This document shows positions 11,201 to 23,715 of a stretch of 64,000 nt of DNA, piece after piece. The notes beneath the pieces were generated by a model. The model had not been told where the DNA came from. It searched no databases and saw only the letters and a program-made list of their open reading frames with translations. The translations under genes were made by a program, and so were the position numbers. The stretch lies in NCBI RefSeq assembly GCF_009914755.1, contig NC_060930.1; one strand, given 5' to 3'. Origin of the DNA: the human T2T-CHM13v2.0 reference genome, Homo sapiens. Positions within the stretch are counted from its first letter, which is position 1, and the number at the start of each line of letters is the position of its first letter.

Positions 11201-12545
11201 GTTTAAAGAATATTCCCATCATTCATTTCCTATTCCAAATTTCAGATGCCATTTCATCTCTGCATGCATCTTCTAAGCAGCTTTTGGCTTCCCTATTTCT
11301 TTGAGTTAGAATTATATATTTTCAAAACATAAAGTCTTTTTAGAACGAAAGCAATGCCAATTTAAAATTTTTTACCAGAGCTAAATGAAAACAAGGAACT
11401 TTATACTCTGCATGATACAGTAAATTTTGAAAGTGTTATATAAGCTAGTGATGAGTGTGAAGATGCAACGGGACATTGTCCAAGGTACTACTAGCTTTAC
11501 ATTTTATTAATGTCTGTACCCTAGAAGTGACATATTTTTGTCTGAAAAAATACATTATTTGCCAAGTTATTGTCTATATATGATTTTCAGGTAAGTCGCT
11601 ACTAGTGATTGTGATTAAAATATAAAATACTTCTAAAAAGATTAAATACTTTTATAAAATACTTTTAAAATGATTAAAAATATAAATACTTTTAAAATGA
11701 AAGAGAAATTATGGTTAGCCTTAAAATTTAAATAATAGCTGTGTTTATTTTCTTCTACTGTAATCAATACATTATTGTCTCATTGTTTCTCCTCTGATTC
11801 TTCCTCCTTGTTTAGTAAATAAGTAGGATTTCTTAATCACAATGTCAATGCAAACTCTACACAAATTCCATGCCACAGGAATTTGACTTTATGCCTGTAT
11901 AAATAAATTACTTAAGTTCTTTCTATCTACGGAGATCCAGTTAACATTCCATTATGATTTTAATTTTATAAACTAAAGTGTTCTTATGCCTCATCAGCTT
12001 TTATTAACATTTCTTATGTCTTCTGTTTTTCTCTACTCTAGTGTCTGTGGCCTTGTTATTTATCATGACAATGTTAATATTCAGGCTTAATTTGGCTTCT
12101 ACAACAACAATCCCTCTCAGCCTGCATTTGTGTCTTCAAAAATTTTTGTACACTTTCCACAGGCATATAAAAAGGAATGTATATCATATTAACCAAACCA
12201 ATAGTAAAGGTCACTATAAGCATCATATTTCTTAAAATGCCTTTGACTTTTGCAAACATTGAAAATTTTTACTTTTTTAAAAATAGCAATTTCTGATGAA
12301 GGTTTAAAGTTTTTTTAAGTAAACATTAATTTACTGATAGAAATAAATTTTAGAGCTCTTGAAGTCATTTTCGTGTACAGGGAATACTCTGCACAACCAG
12401 TAGAAGCATTTATACAAGTATTGCAATGATATTTGGAACAGAACAGGGACTAGAATAGCTTCCCAGTGTTAAAAAATAAAAGTATTTTTCTAAGGCTTGT
12501 TTACATTCAAACTAAGAATTTTAAGATATAACACCAATGACGTAT

Positions 12546-12915
12546 TGTATTAGCCCATTCTCATGCTGCTGTGAAGAAATAGCTGAGGCTGGATAATTTA
12601 TAAAAGAAAGAGGTTTAATTGACTCACAATTCCACATAGCTGGGGAGGTCTTAGGAAAGTTACAATCATGGCAGAAGGAAAAGAAAACACATCCTTCTTC
12701 TCATGGTGACAGAAGAGAGAAATACCGAGCAAAGAGGGAAAAGCCCCTTATAAAACCATCAGATCTCGTGAGAACTCACTATCATGAGAACAGCATGTGG
12801 GTAACCACCTCCATTATTCAATTACCTTCCACCAGGTCCCTCCCACAACATGTGGGGAATATGGGAACTACAATTCAAGATGAGATTTGGGTGGGGACAC
12901 AGCCAAACCATATCA
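12546..12915 (-). mobile_element. THE1C-like MaLR solo LTR
   Basis: tgtattagcccattctcatgctgct...gggaaaagccccttataaaaccatcagatctcgtgagaac...gggacacagccaaaccatatca. Confidence 0.92.
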
Positions 12916-14540
12916 TTTATGTATACAGGTATTTCTATTCAAACATATAACTTCACATACAAAAAAATGACACCATATTTGAAACTATGGTTTTTTTAAG
13001 GCATTGGATATCAAATAGTAGGGGACAGTGATGCCTGAGACAGGGAAACATCCAATGTGAGCCCTATAATAAAAGGGTCTTTTGGCCTTTAAAAGTTATA
13101 ATGCAGAGAAGAGAAACTCAGGTAGAGTGTATTAGATTCCATTAGTTGAGGAGACATAGCTGAGAGTCCAGAGAAATTAATACAGCTAGATAGAGTGCCA
13201 GACAGGAGAAAGCACTTCTCAAAACAAGGTCCTAGAGAGGTGAAAGCTATAAAGTTATAGAATGCTGGAGGTCTGAAGAAGGTTACCCATGAGTAAACAG
13301 AAGACTGCTCAATTGTACAAACACAAGAGAAAATAATTCATAACCAGGTAAAGAAGAAACACAAAAGGAATAGAGACTTGGACTCACATAAGACTGAGAA
13401 TGTAGCTATTCTCACCAGCTAAAGTGGAAAAACTAATAATTATTGGGGTGTTTGGTGGAACACTCAGGAAGGTTTTGCCTTAATAGTAAGAAATAATTAC
13501 CCTAGAATGAGGGCTGCTCTGGTCTCATCTGGCAAATCCTAAAGAGAAAGACCTGAAAATTTCAAGCTGCTTCCAATTAAGTTAGCTGTATAAAGAACAA
13601 AGCGCAAGCCAATTTATAGAGATACAAATATATCCAGTACGGAATATGGTAAAATTTACAATGTCAAACATCCAATTAAAATTACTAGGTATCCATAAAA
13701 GCAGGAAAGCATAATTCATAATGAAAGGATAATCAATCAATTGAAATTGCCACAGCTAATATCAGAATTAGCAGAAAAGACCACTAAAACCATCATTAGA
13801 ACCGGACTCCTCCATCTGTAAAAAAAAGTAAAGCAGAGATATAGAAGATATTTTAAAAGACTCATATTAAGTTACAGAAATTAAAATTACAATTCATGAG
13901 ACTGAAAATACATAGGAGGGGATTAATAGAAGATTTGAAACTATAGATTATTAAATAAATATACAGCAATAAAAAACACCCAAAATAAAAGAGAAAAAAA
14001 GTTGAATTTCAAAAAGTGAAAATAACATCTTTTAAGTTTGGAAAACTTTAAATGGGCTAATACATGCATAAATATAATACCAGGAGCAAATAAAAAAGAA
14101 GAAAAACCAATATTTAAATAAGAGCCAAAAATTTCCAATTTTGATTAAAGCTAAAAACCTAGAAGTGTAGAAAGTTTACAAAACCCAAGCCCTAGAAATG
14201 CGAAGAAAACTCCCCCAAGGCGTATGATAATCAAGCTGTTTGAAACCAGTGTTAAAGATAACTTTAAAACGATAGAGAAAATAATACATATTAGGTAAAT
14301 GTAAATACACATAAGGACGACAGGATAATTTTTGAGGAAAATAATGCAAATGATGTAGGATGTGGGAGAAAAATATTTTAAATTCCGGAAAACATAAAGT
14401 AAAGGAAGTGTTAACTTATAATTCTATGCCAAGAAAAAATACATCTATTTCAAAAAGAAGTAAAAATAGAGATATTTTTCAGATAACAAAACCTGAAATA
14501 ATTCATCACCAAAGGTTCACATTATAAGGAACGTTAAAGG

Positions 14541-14718
14541 GGTTTTGTGCAGTGGCTCATGTCTGTAATCCCAACACTTTGGGAGGCTGAGGCAGGAGGA
14601 TCGCTTGAGGCCAGGAGTTTGAGGTTAGAATGAGCTATGACTGTACGATTACATTCTAGCCTGGGTGATGGAGCAACATCATTTATTTAAAAAAAAAAAA
14701 AAGAGAGAGAGAGAAATA
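14541..14718 (+). mobile_element. Free Alu monomer (FRAM/FAM-like) with TSD
   Basis: Single monomer plus poly(A); TSD AA(C/T)GTTAAAGG at 14530-14540 and 14719-14729. Confidence 0.85.
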
Positions 14719-14733
14719 AATGTTAAAGGACAC

Positions 14734-15108
<375 letters not shown>

Positions 15109-15344
15109 TCATAAGAGTCTTACTATTTCAATCTCCTAAAATATATTGACTATTTAAATAAAAATACTAAGACTGTGTTATCATAGGTGTATGTAAAAGA
15201 TATGACAAAATAGCATAAATTGTGGAAGAAACAATAGTAAAATATTATTTTTAAGCTTTGTGTTCTATATGTTAAGGGGTATAATATCACTTTAAGATAG
15301 TCTCTGATAGATTAAAAATGTGTAAGCTTTAAAGCAGCAAAGAA

Positions 15345-15633
15345 GGTTGAATAATGTAATGTTAGAAGCATACAACCTGTTATTGTCAACTTAGCAGCTG
15401 GAGAAAGAGGTCCAGGTATCAAGGAATGTGTGCAGCCACTACAAAGTGGAAAGGGAAAGAAAACAGATTCTGTCCCATAGCTTCCAGGAAGAAATACAAC
15501 CCTGCTGACATCTAGATCTTAGCCCAGTGAGACCCATGTTAAAATTCTGACCTACATAATTGCTATGATAATATTTTGTTTTATTGTTTAAGTCACTGTG
15601 GTAATATGTTACAACATAATAGAAAACGAATAT
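15345..15633 (+). mobile_element. MLT1 (MLT1D-like) LTR, 3' part
   Basis: aaggaatgtg..gcc..cagattct..ccctgctgaca..ttagcccagtgagaccc..ggtaatatgttaca..atagaaaacgaata. Confidence 0.8.
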
Positions 15634-16275
15634 GTATCATGAATAAGAAAGAAAGTAGATGAAATAAAATCATGAAAAATAATTTATCCAAAAGTAGGCT
15701 TAAAATGAAGAAAGGGAGATGAAAAACAAGATGAACAAATAGCAAACAAGTAGAAAAGATAATACAGTTAAACCTAACCATACTAATAATTACATCAAAT
15801 GTAAATGGTCTTAATGCTCCAATGAAAGGCAGATACTGCATGAAAAACTACATATATATATATATATGTATGTATTTCTGTGTACATATACATATATGTG
15901 TATATATACATATATTCGAAGTATACTTCTTTTAGGAAGTATGTGTGTGTGTTCACGCACACACTTCCTATATATTATATATGAATATATATATGTGTGT
16001 GTATATATATTACAATTAAACAGGTGGAAAAAGACATACCATGCTAACACTAAGTAGGTAATTTCATAATGAAAAAGGGGTTAAATAATCAAGGATACAT
16101 GAGACACCAAGATATATATTCCCTTAATTATGGAAGTTCAACAGATATGAAGAAAAACTGATAGAACTGCATGGACACATAGATGAATCCATAATTGTAG
16201 TGAAAATTTCAATAATCCTGTCTCAATAATCGATAGAACTAGTAGAACTAGCAGAATAAAGGTAGAATGGATATA

Positions 16276-16828
16276 CAGTAGTTTTTCCTTATTCATGGTG
16301 AAAACATTCCAAGACCCTTAGTGTGTGCCTGAAACCTCATTACCAAATGCTATATATATGTTTTCTTCCACACATACACACCTGTGATAAAGTTTAATTT
16401 AAAAATTAGGCATAGTAAGAGATTAACAACACTAACTAATAATAAAATAGAACAAATATGAAAATATGCCAGCATCACTGCTCTTGTGCCTTGGAAACAC
16501 TGTTAAGTAAAATAAGGGTTACTTAATCACCAGCACTGATATACCACAACTGTTGATCTGATAATTGAGACGATTGCTAGGTGACTAATGGGGCAGGTAG
16601 CATATACAGTGTGGATACGCTGGGCAAAGTGATGGGCAGGAAGGAGTAGGACAGAGTGGGACAAAGCAGAACAGTCCAAGATTTCATCATACTACTCAGA
16701 ATGGCAAGCAATTTAAAACTTATGAATGGTTTGTATCTGGAATTTTCCATTTAATATTTTGGGACAACTATTGATTACAGGTAACTGCAACCTCTAGAAA
16801 CAAAACTGTGGATAAAAGGGGACTACTA
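16276..16828. mobile_element. MER44B-like Tigger-derived DNA transposon relic
   Basis: Degenerate TIRs cagtagt..ccttat.ca.gg / ctgtggataaaaggggactact, TA target duplication at both ends, ~550 bp. Confidence 0.85.
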
Positions 16829-17079
16829 TAGTTGACTTGAACAATACCATCTGCCAACTTTGCATACATGATATTTATAAAATATTGTAACTAACAATAG
16901 CAGGATAGATAATTTGTTTCAAAGTATATGTAACATTTATCAATTTAGACTGTATTCAGGGGCTTAAAACAAGACCCAGAAAGTATTTAAGTAATACCAT
17001 ATCAATTTAGACCATATTCTGGGATTTAAAACAAGTCCTAGAAAGTATTTACATCATGGTTCTCTGACCATAAATTAGC

Positions 17080-17285
17080 AACCTATTTGCTGTATAAATA
17101 AACAAACTCTAATTTTAGTGGCTTATCTAACAACTTTTATTATCTTATAGTTTTTGTATCCAGAATGTTAGAACCTCTCAAAAACTGTGATCAAGATGTT
17201 ACCTAGGATTGCAGTCATTACAAGAGTAGATTGAGGAAGGATCTGCTTTCAGAATTTTTCATGAGGTTGTTAGCAGGATTTTCAG
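17080..17285 (-). mobile_element. MLT1 LTR fragment
   Basis: ttgctgtataa..ttagtggctta..ttattatcttatagtt..ggaaggatctgctttc. Confidence 0.65.
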
Positions 17286-19676
17286 ATTTTCTAGAAACTG
17301 CAAATTAGTATGGAAACAAAAAATACCTAGAATAGACAAGACAACTTTAAAAAAAAGCAAATCAAATTAATGCTACTTTATTTATAGATTTATTATAGAG
17401 CTGCCTTAATAAAATTACTGTCATATTGGAATTAAGATTAAAATATACATCAATGCAACAGAATAAAAAATCAGAAATACACTCATATAAAGACAAAGTT
17501 TTTCGAGAAAGGGACAAATGCAATTTAGTAGAGAAGTGATAATCTTTGCAACAAATGGTGCTGGGACAATTGGATATCCATATTCAAAAAAACATGAAAC
17601 ACTAGATTAGATTCAGGAATGATGCTAGGAAACTGAGGATATGTGTTTATAAACTCAGGGTTTGCATTTATGAATCATCTTTAGCTTAACCATTCTGTGA
17701 AATTAGTAGTCTGTCTTTGAGTTCGTGTTCAGGATTTGGTCTGCTCTAATTTGAAAGCTGTCTAGTTTCTTACTCTACTTACGCCTAAGAGGTCTTTTCT
17801 CGGTTTATAAATATCTAACTGTAGCAATCACTATATTAATACTTTATAACTAAATCTGTATCCATTAAATTATGCTTTTCATTGTCATATTTGATTTTAA
17901 TCTATTTATAGCATAAATAGTCACTGAAAATTAAATAATCTTATAACTTTGGACTATCTCCTTTTGATAACCCTTATTATTTATTTTTTTGAAATAATAA
18001 GAAAAGGAACTCATAGAACACTATGGGGCAATATGTAATTTAATGTTAGTTATTCTCTTAATTAAAATTACTTAATTGGAAATTTCCCTAGTTGAAAATA
18101 AAACCTTAATTTTGACTAATTTCTAACATTAGGCACATATTTTTTGACAGTTTGTTAAACTCTCAAGTTTTCTGCCTTTCATAATATATCATAAGGGAAC
18201 GTCTTTTGTTAAAAACGATCCATTGCATTTTTTAAAATAACTGTGGTTTAGATATGACAGTGGTCAATATTTTGCCCTGCAAATACATCGTAAATAAAAA
18301 TTTGGTCTATGGAATTCTAGACTATCTATTCTAAAATGTTTTCATTTTAGAAAAGGCCAAGTTGGTCATTATAGCAACAAATAATCTGGTCCTATTACTT
18401 AGATGTAAACATCTGTTTTGACTTTACTGTCATAAACATCCTGAGTTCGAACTAATATTTTCTTTTAAGATAAAAAGAATAGTTTGCTTTGAGAATAAAG
18501 AATGGAAATAGAAAGGGAATTTAGTCATTTCAAATGCAAATTTACATGCATGTCATCCTCATTTGCATGCATGCAATTCCAAAATGGGTTTATGTAGTTG
18601 ATGAGGATGTCTAAAAATCATTTGGTATAGAAAAGCATCTGCTGAACATACATAGGAATATTATTCAACTTGAACAAAAATGTACTATATGCATCAAACT
18701 GACATTAGAGAGGCTGTAAAACAACAAATAATAAAACATTATCAAAGGAATTGTGTTTGAGGATGCTTTCAATGATAAATGTAGCCTTGTAAAATCATTT
18801 TACTCATCTGTTTTGTTCTAAATTTGCATATATCCCATATATTTTACTTTTCTTTCTATATTCCATTTTTTAAAAATTAGAAATAACAGAAAATCAGGTT
18901 TTTAAGCTGTTTTGGCAAAATTATGTTTTGTATTTTTGATATGGTCTTTAACTCTTTATTCTTTACATCTATTAATATATATCTTCTTATGTGCTGTTAC
19001 ATGTTCTATAAAATGTTTGCTTTTTTTTAACCAGCACATAGCAATGTCAACGTGTTAAAATCCACAATATAGTGTTACATATAAAAAAACAAGAAATAAA
19101 TTTCAGAAAACAAATAAGCAAACAAACAAAATAGCCAATGATCCTGGAAAACAGGTTATTTCTGTGTGGTAGTATTACTACGCTAAAACATATTTTAAAA
19201 TTATAGCCCAAGTTATTCAAAATGAACATATCTTTATTTTATCACAGATAGAAAAATATGTCTGATTTTTAATTTTTTCTTCTGCTTGGGTTATTTATAA
19301 TTTAGTACGGATAATTTGTGTAAATGCTTTTAATAGGCAATCTGTGTACACACAGTTAACCCTTAGGACTTTTAATTTAAGTTAACCCTTAGGACACACA
19401 GCTGGAAAAGACACACACACATACACATACACTCTAAGCTGAGTAATAAGAATCCTATTTACCATAAATTTTTACAAAAAGAAGATATCGTTGATACCAG
19501 TATTGGTTTAAGAAAAAAGTCACAGAAAAAAGGAAACTCACTTTATAACTCGTTCTCAATTGCAGGCAAATATTGCTCTGTTCTTCTACCTGGAACAGTA
19601 CGGTTAAACAGAGCATTAGGCTGAGACAGAACATTTTATTTTTAACTGTGTGCTATGTTATTTATGTGGATGTCAG

Positions 19677-20715
19677 TGTGGTGGACCACCCATATTCTTC
19701 TTCAACGAAGAACTAGTCACCCTAACTGGTATCTCTCCCTAGTAGGGATTGATTCACCCTTAGCAGAGGGTTGCCTACCTGAGACCACACTTTTTCTGGG
19801 TTGCCCATATTTAACAACAGATCAACTAGTCAATCCCAATGTGGAACAGTGCTGAGAAGACATATTCATGCCAGAGTTTTTCCTGGGGTTGGCCAAAGTT
19901 TGTTGGGACTGCACCAGTTTGATCTCTCCCTCTGTCCAAAGTTGTTTATTCTTTCACCCATCAACAGGCGTAATCTCTAATTAATACTCAGCTCAACAAA
20001 CTATGTCTCAGCTTCTGCTTCCTCAGAAACAAACTAGTGACAGTAGTTCCCAGAAATGGTGCAAGAAAAAAAGGGGGTTAGATAGAGTTTTATAGTTGGA
20101 TCTCTTGCCATCCTACTAGTAATGAGGAACCATCATTGGTGCAGAGTGGAGTACAGAGAGCCCTTGACGCAAGGTGTTTGTCTTGTTAAAGTCACACAGG
20201 TAGGGAATTGGCAGAATATAACAGTGATTAGGAATGTTAGCTGGGGCCATGTGTCAGACATTTGAAAGACAGAAGATAAATAATAACTATAGAGACAATG
20301 GAAGGGGATGGCTATTGCTAAGCACCACTGATACCCTGAAGAAAGGTAGTGAAAAAACAAAGGAGATTAGTCGATAATTGAAAAACAAATATGAAAGCCA
20401 GAGGACCCCCTTGGCAGCATGTAAAGTGACTTTCTTCCTGCAGCTAGAGGGCAGGCAAAGCTGAGGACAGGCTAAGGGCTTAATAAAATGGATGAGGTCC
20501 GGAAAGATTAAAAACCCAAACAAATCAGTTTTTCAATGCCAAAGTCAGAGCCATTGTCAGGGAATTATGAAAGCCCCACTTTGGCACATGCTCCCCTAAT
20601 GTTAAATTCTTAGATGTATCTGCAAATCCTGAACCTTCAGGAGTTGTCCAGCCCTTCCTACTAAGCTAACACTCCCCTCAATGCAGAGGCTCATTTTCTG
20701 CAAGATCACTGTTCC
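19677..20715 (+). mobile_element. LTR16-family LTR (19677-20042) with adjoining ERVL (ERV3-16A3-like) internal sequence
   Basis: LTR ends tgtctcagcttctgcttcc...aactagtgaca, followed by a PBS-like segment and degenerate ERVL internal sequence. Confidence 0.7.
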
Positions 20716-21357
20716 AAACAGTTTGGCAGCTCCCCAAAAATGTGAAACAAAATGTTAAAGGTAAAGTTAACATATGACTCACCAATTAGCCCTGGGTATA
20801 ATCCCAATAGAACTGAAAACATATGCTCACACAAAATTTGTACACTAATGTCACAGCAACATTATTCATAGTAGCCAAAAAACTAGAAACAATCCAAATG
20901 CCCAATGGATGGAAATAAAAAATACCCAGGGGTGAAGGGATTTTTTTAAAAATTAATGTATACAAGGAACTATCCATCCAGTGGAGTAAAAACAAATGAA
21001 TTACTGATGTATGCTACAACGGGGATGAACCTTGAGAACATTAATTGGGCTAAGTGAAAAAACCCAGTCACAAAAGACAACAGATTAAATAATTCTATTT
21101 GTATGAACTGTCCAGGAAAACCTTAGAGAAAGAAGTTATGTTAGTGTTTGCCTATGACTGGGAAGGAGTTGTAGTGGAAAGGAATGGGGATTTACAACAA
21201 ATGTGCTAATGGATATGGAGAGGGGTGATGATATGATAAAATATTCTAAAGTTAGATTTTCATGGTTGCTGCATAATTCCGTGTAGGTACTAAAAGTTCT
21301 TGAATTGTGCGTGGTGAATTTATGGTATATGAATTATATCAAAGATGTTTTAAAAAG
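20716..21357 (+). mobile_element. L1MB-type ORF2 end and 3' UTR
   Basis: aaacagtttggcag...cagcaacattattcatagtagccaaaa...gatgaaccttgagaaca...tggtgaatttatggtatatgaattatatc. Confidence 0.8.
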
Positions 21358-21699
21358 TTGGATAGAGAGTTCATATATAATCTTCACTAAGCTTCCCCCA
21401 TATGAATTTCCTTGAGTCAACCAGTAACAAAAAGTCAGAATTATATAATATTATAACAAAAATTACAGACATTATTTTCAAAAGTACTTTTTCAATTCTA
21501 AGAACCAATTCAGGATTTCACATTGGATTTTGTTGTCATGTTTATACTTAGTCTCCTCAAAACTACTGGGTTTTCCTTAACTTAAATACTTTAGTTTAAG
21601 AAGCTGTTTACTAAGCATAGCCCACAATCAAAGGTAAGGTAATTAAGTTCCCTCTCCTTGACAGATAATTTGTGATAACTTTAAAAAATTACCTGAGTA

Positions 21700-21829
21700 T
21701 ACTTAGGAGGCTGAGGCAGGAGAATCACTTGAACCTGGGAGGCAGAGGTTGCAGTGAGCCAAGATCACGCCATTTCACTCCAGGCTGCGCAACAAGAGCA
21801 AAACTCTGTCTCAAAAAAAAAAAAAAAAA
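21700..21829 (+). mobile_element. 5'-truncated AluS (Sq/Sp-like right arm) with TSD
   Basis: ggaggctgaggcaggagaatc...caacaagagcaaaactc..poly(A); flanks aaaaattacctgagta / aaaaataccagagta. Confidence 0.9.
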
Positions 21830-21919
21830 TACCAGAGTAAGAAATTTGAAAAAAATCTACGTGGAATGCAAATATCTAGTCTCTCTTTTAAATCTTTTCA
21901 CTAAATTTATTATTAAAAC

Positions 21920-22042
21920 ATATTAAACTTATATTAAATAAATATGTATGCTTTTGTTAATCTTTTTTTTATTATAAGGTGGCTCAGCCATGATTCATGA
22001 TTCTAGTGATGAATGAGGGAAAACAACTCTTTCCCTCCCTAT
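21920..22042 (+). mobile_element. ERV1 (MER4-group, MER34/39-like) LTR 3' fragment
   Basis: ttaaataaatatgtatgcttttgttaatc...tcagccatga...ctttccctccctat. Confidence 0.45.
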
Positions 22043-22044
22043 GA

Positions 22045-22560
22045 AAAAAGAACCATTTCAGTCTTATATATTTTGAATATTTGTAACTTTTTCTCTGGCC
22101 ATGACTCATTGTGTTCCCATAATCTACAAGTAATTTGCTTATTTGTTCAACCCCAGTACATAGGTAAAGTAGTTTCAGAATAGGATGTTGTTTATGCACA
22201 GATATTTTTGCGTTTTGCCTTAAAATGTCTAGTTAAAACAATCTTTACCTAAGTTATTTAGGTGAGTTCCTTTCCCACTTTCCATTCAGTGATGTTGTCA
22301 TATATAGGTAATACAGCTGAATTAAGTTTTGACAGTGCACATTCAATGCAGAAATCTCTAATATCCTAGATGATGTTTTGAAAATCAGTATTCAGTCAAG
22401 TCATTCCTTGTAGTGTTACAGTTCTATGGGTTTTGACAAATACAGAGTCTTGTATCCACTAATCCAGTACCATATACTACAGTTCTACCACCCACAATTT
22501 CCTATGGAAGCTCCTCTGCAGTCAGCCCCTCTTCTTTCTCCTCCTCGAACCCCTATAGTT
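22045..22560 (-). mobile_element. L1MC/MD 3' fragment
   Basis: ttatttgttcaaccccagtacat..aaagtagtttcagaat; gtgttacagttctatgggttttgacaaat. Confidence 0.65.
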
Positions 22561-23221
22561 TTCCATTTTTTTTTCAATATGATGAGAAAAATAAATGTCC
22601 ATGCTTATTTCACTGTAATTTCTGTAGGTTGTATGAACTTCAGGAAAGTAGTCAGTCCTTCTGTGGAAACTTTTATATAAGACTTTTCCATCTTTTCTTA
22701 GATTTTGGACCATGAAGGAATGTGATTGGTGAGAAAAAGAAAACTAGCAACTTAATAATAACATTGCTTTGCATTTGATCCATTTATAAACAGAAGACAA
22801 TCTGAAGTAATATTTAGTCGTATACTAGGGTTATTGAGGTCATATCATGTATGAAGGCTAACATCTAGAATACAAAGACGATTTTTATTTGTAATTTAAT
22901 CAGTTGAGTTTCTCTTTATCTTTTTACTAAAAACTATGAAATGTAAATAAAGCTATCTTCAATAAATATTCAATAAGTGCATTGCAGTAGAAAAAGGAAC
23001 AAGTAAATATTCCTTTTTTGAATCCAAACTACATACTTTGCTTTACCAAATAACTTATGTATTTTGAAGAATTTCTCTTTCAAGGAAAATTTTAAATTTG
23101 GAGTGTTTTAATAAAGACTTACTGTTGAATATCTGCAGGTGAATACAAATATGAAAAAATACTGTCACATTTTTATATGTAATTAAACAAATTCCCTAAA
23201 GATATAACAATAGTTACACAG

Positions 23222-23715
23222 TGTAATAATTTCCTATTGATGCTGTAACAAATTACCACAAACACAGTGACTTTGAACAAATTTATTATCTTACAAATCT
23301 GAACATCAGAAGTTCAAAATCCATCTCATCGGGCTAAAACCAAGATGTCAGCAGGGGTGCTTGCTTCTGAAGACTCCTGGGAAGTATCCTTTGCCTGCTT
23401 TTGCCAGCTTCTAGACACCATCTGAAATCCTTGACTGGTGGCCCTTTCCTCAGTCATCAAATCCTACAGCATAGCATCATCCCATCTCTCTCCCACTCTG
23501 CTTCCATTGTCACTGGTTCCCTGTCTTCAACTCTCCTGCCATCCTCTTATGAGAGCACTTATGGTTACATTGAGCCCACTGGATAATCTCCTCATCTAGA
23601 GATATTTTATTTAATAACATCTGCAAAATCTATTTTGCCATGAAGGTACGATATTCACAGGTTCTAGAGACTGAAATATGGGCATCTTTGTGGGACCACT
23701 GTTCAGCCTACCACA
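23222..23715 (-). mobile_element. MLT1D-like solo LTR with 5-bp TSD
   Basis: tgtaataatttcctattgatgctgtaacaaattaccaca...gttcagcctaccaca; TSD cacag/catag. Confidence 0.88.

Noticed and set aside
19354-19395. 16-bp direct repeat agttaacccttaggac (similar short duplications at 11611-11700, 52572-52633 and 60261-60299)
   Set aside because: Ordinary slippage micro-duplications with no further structure
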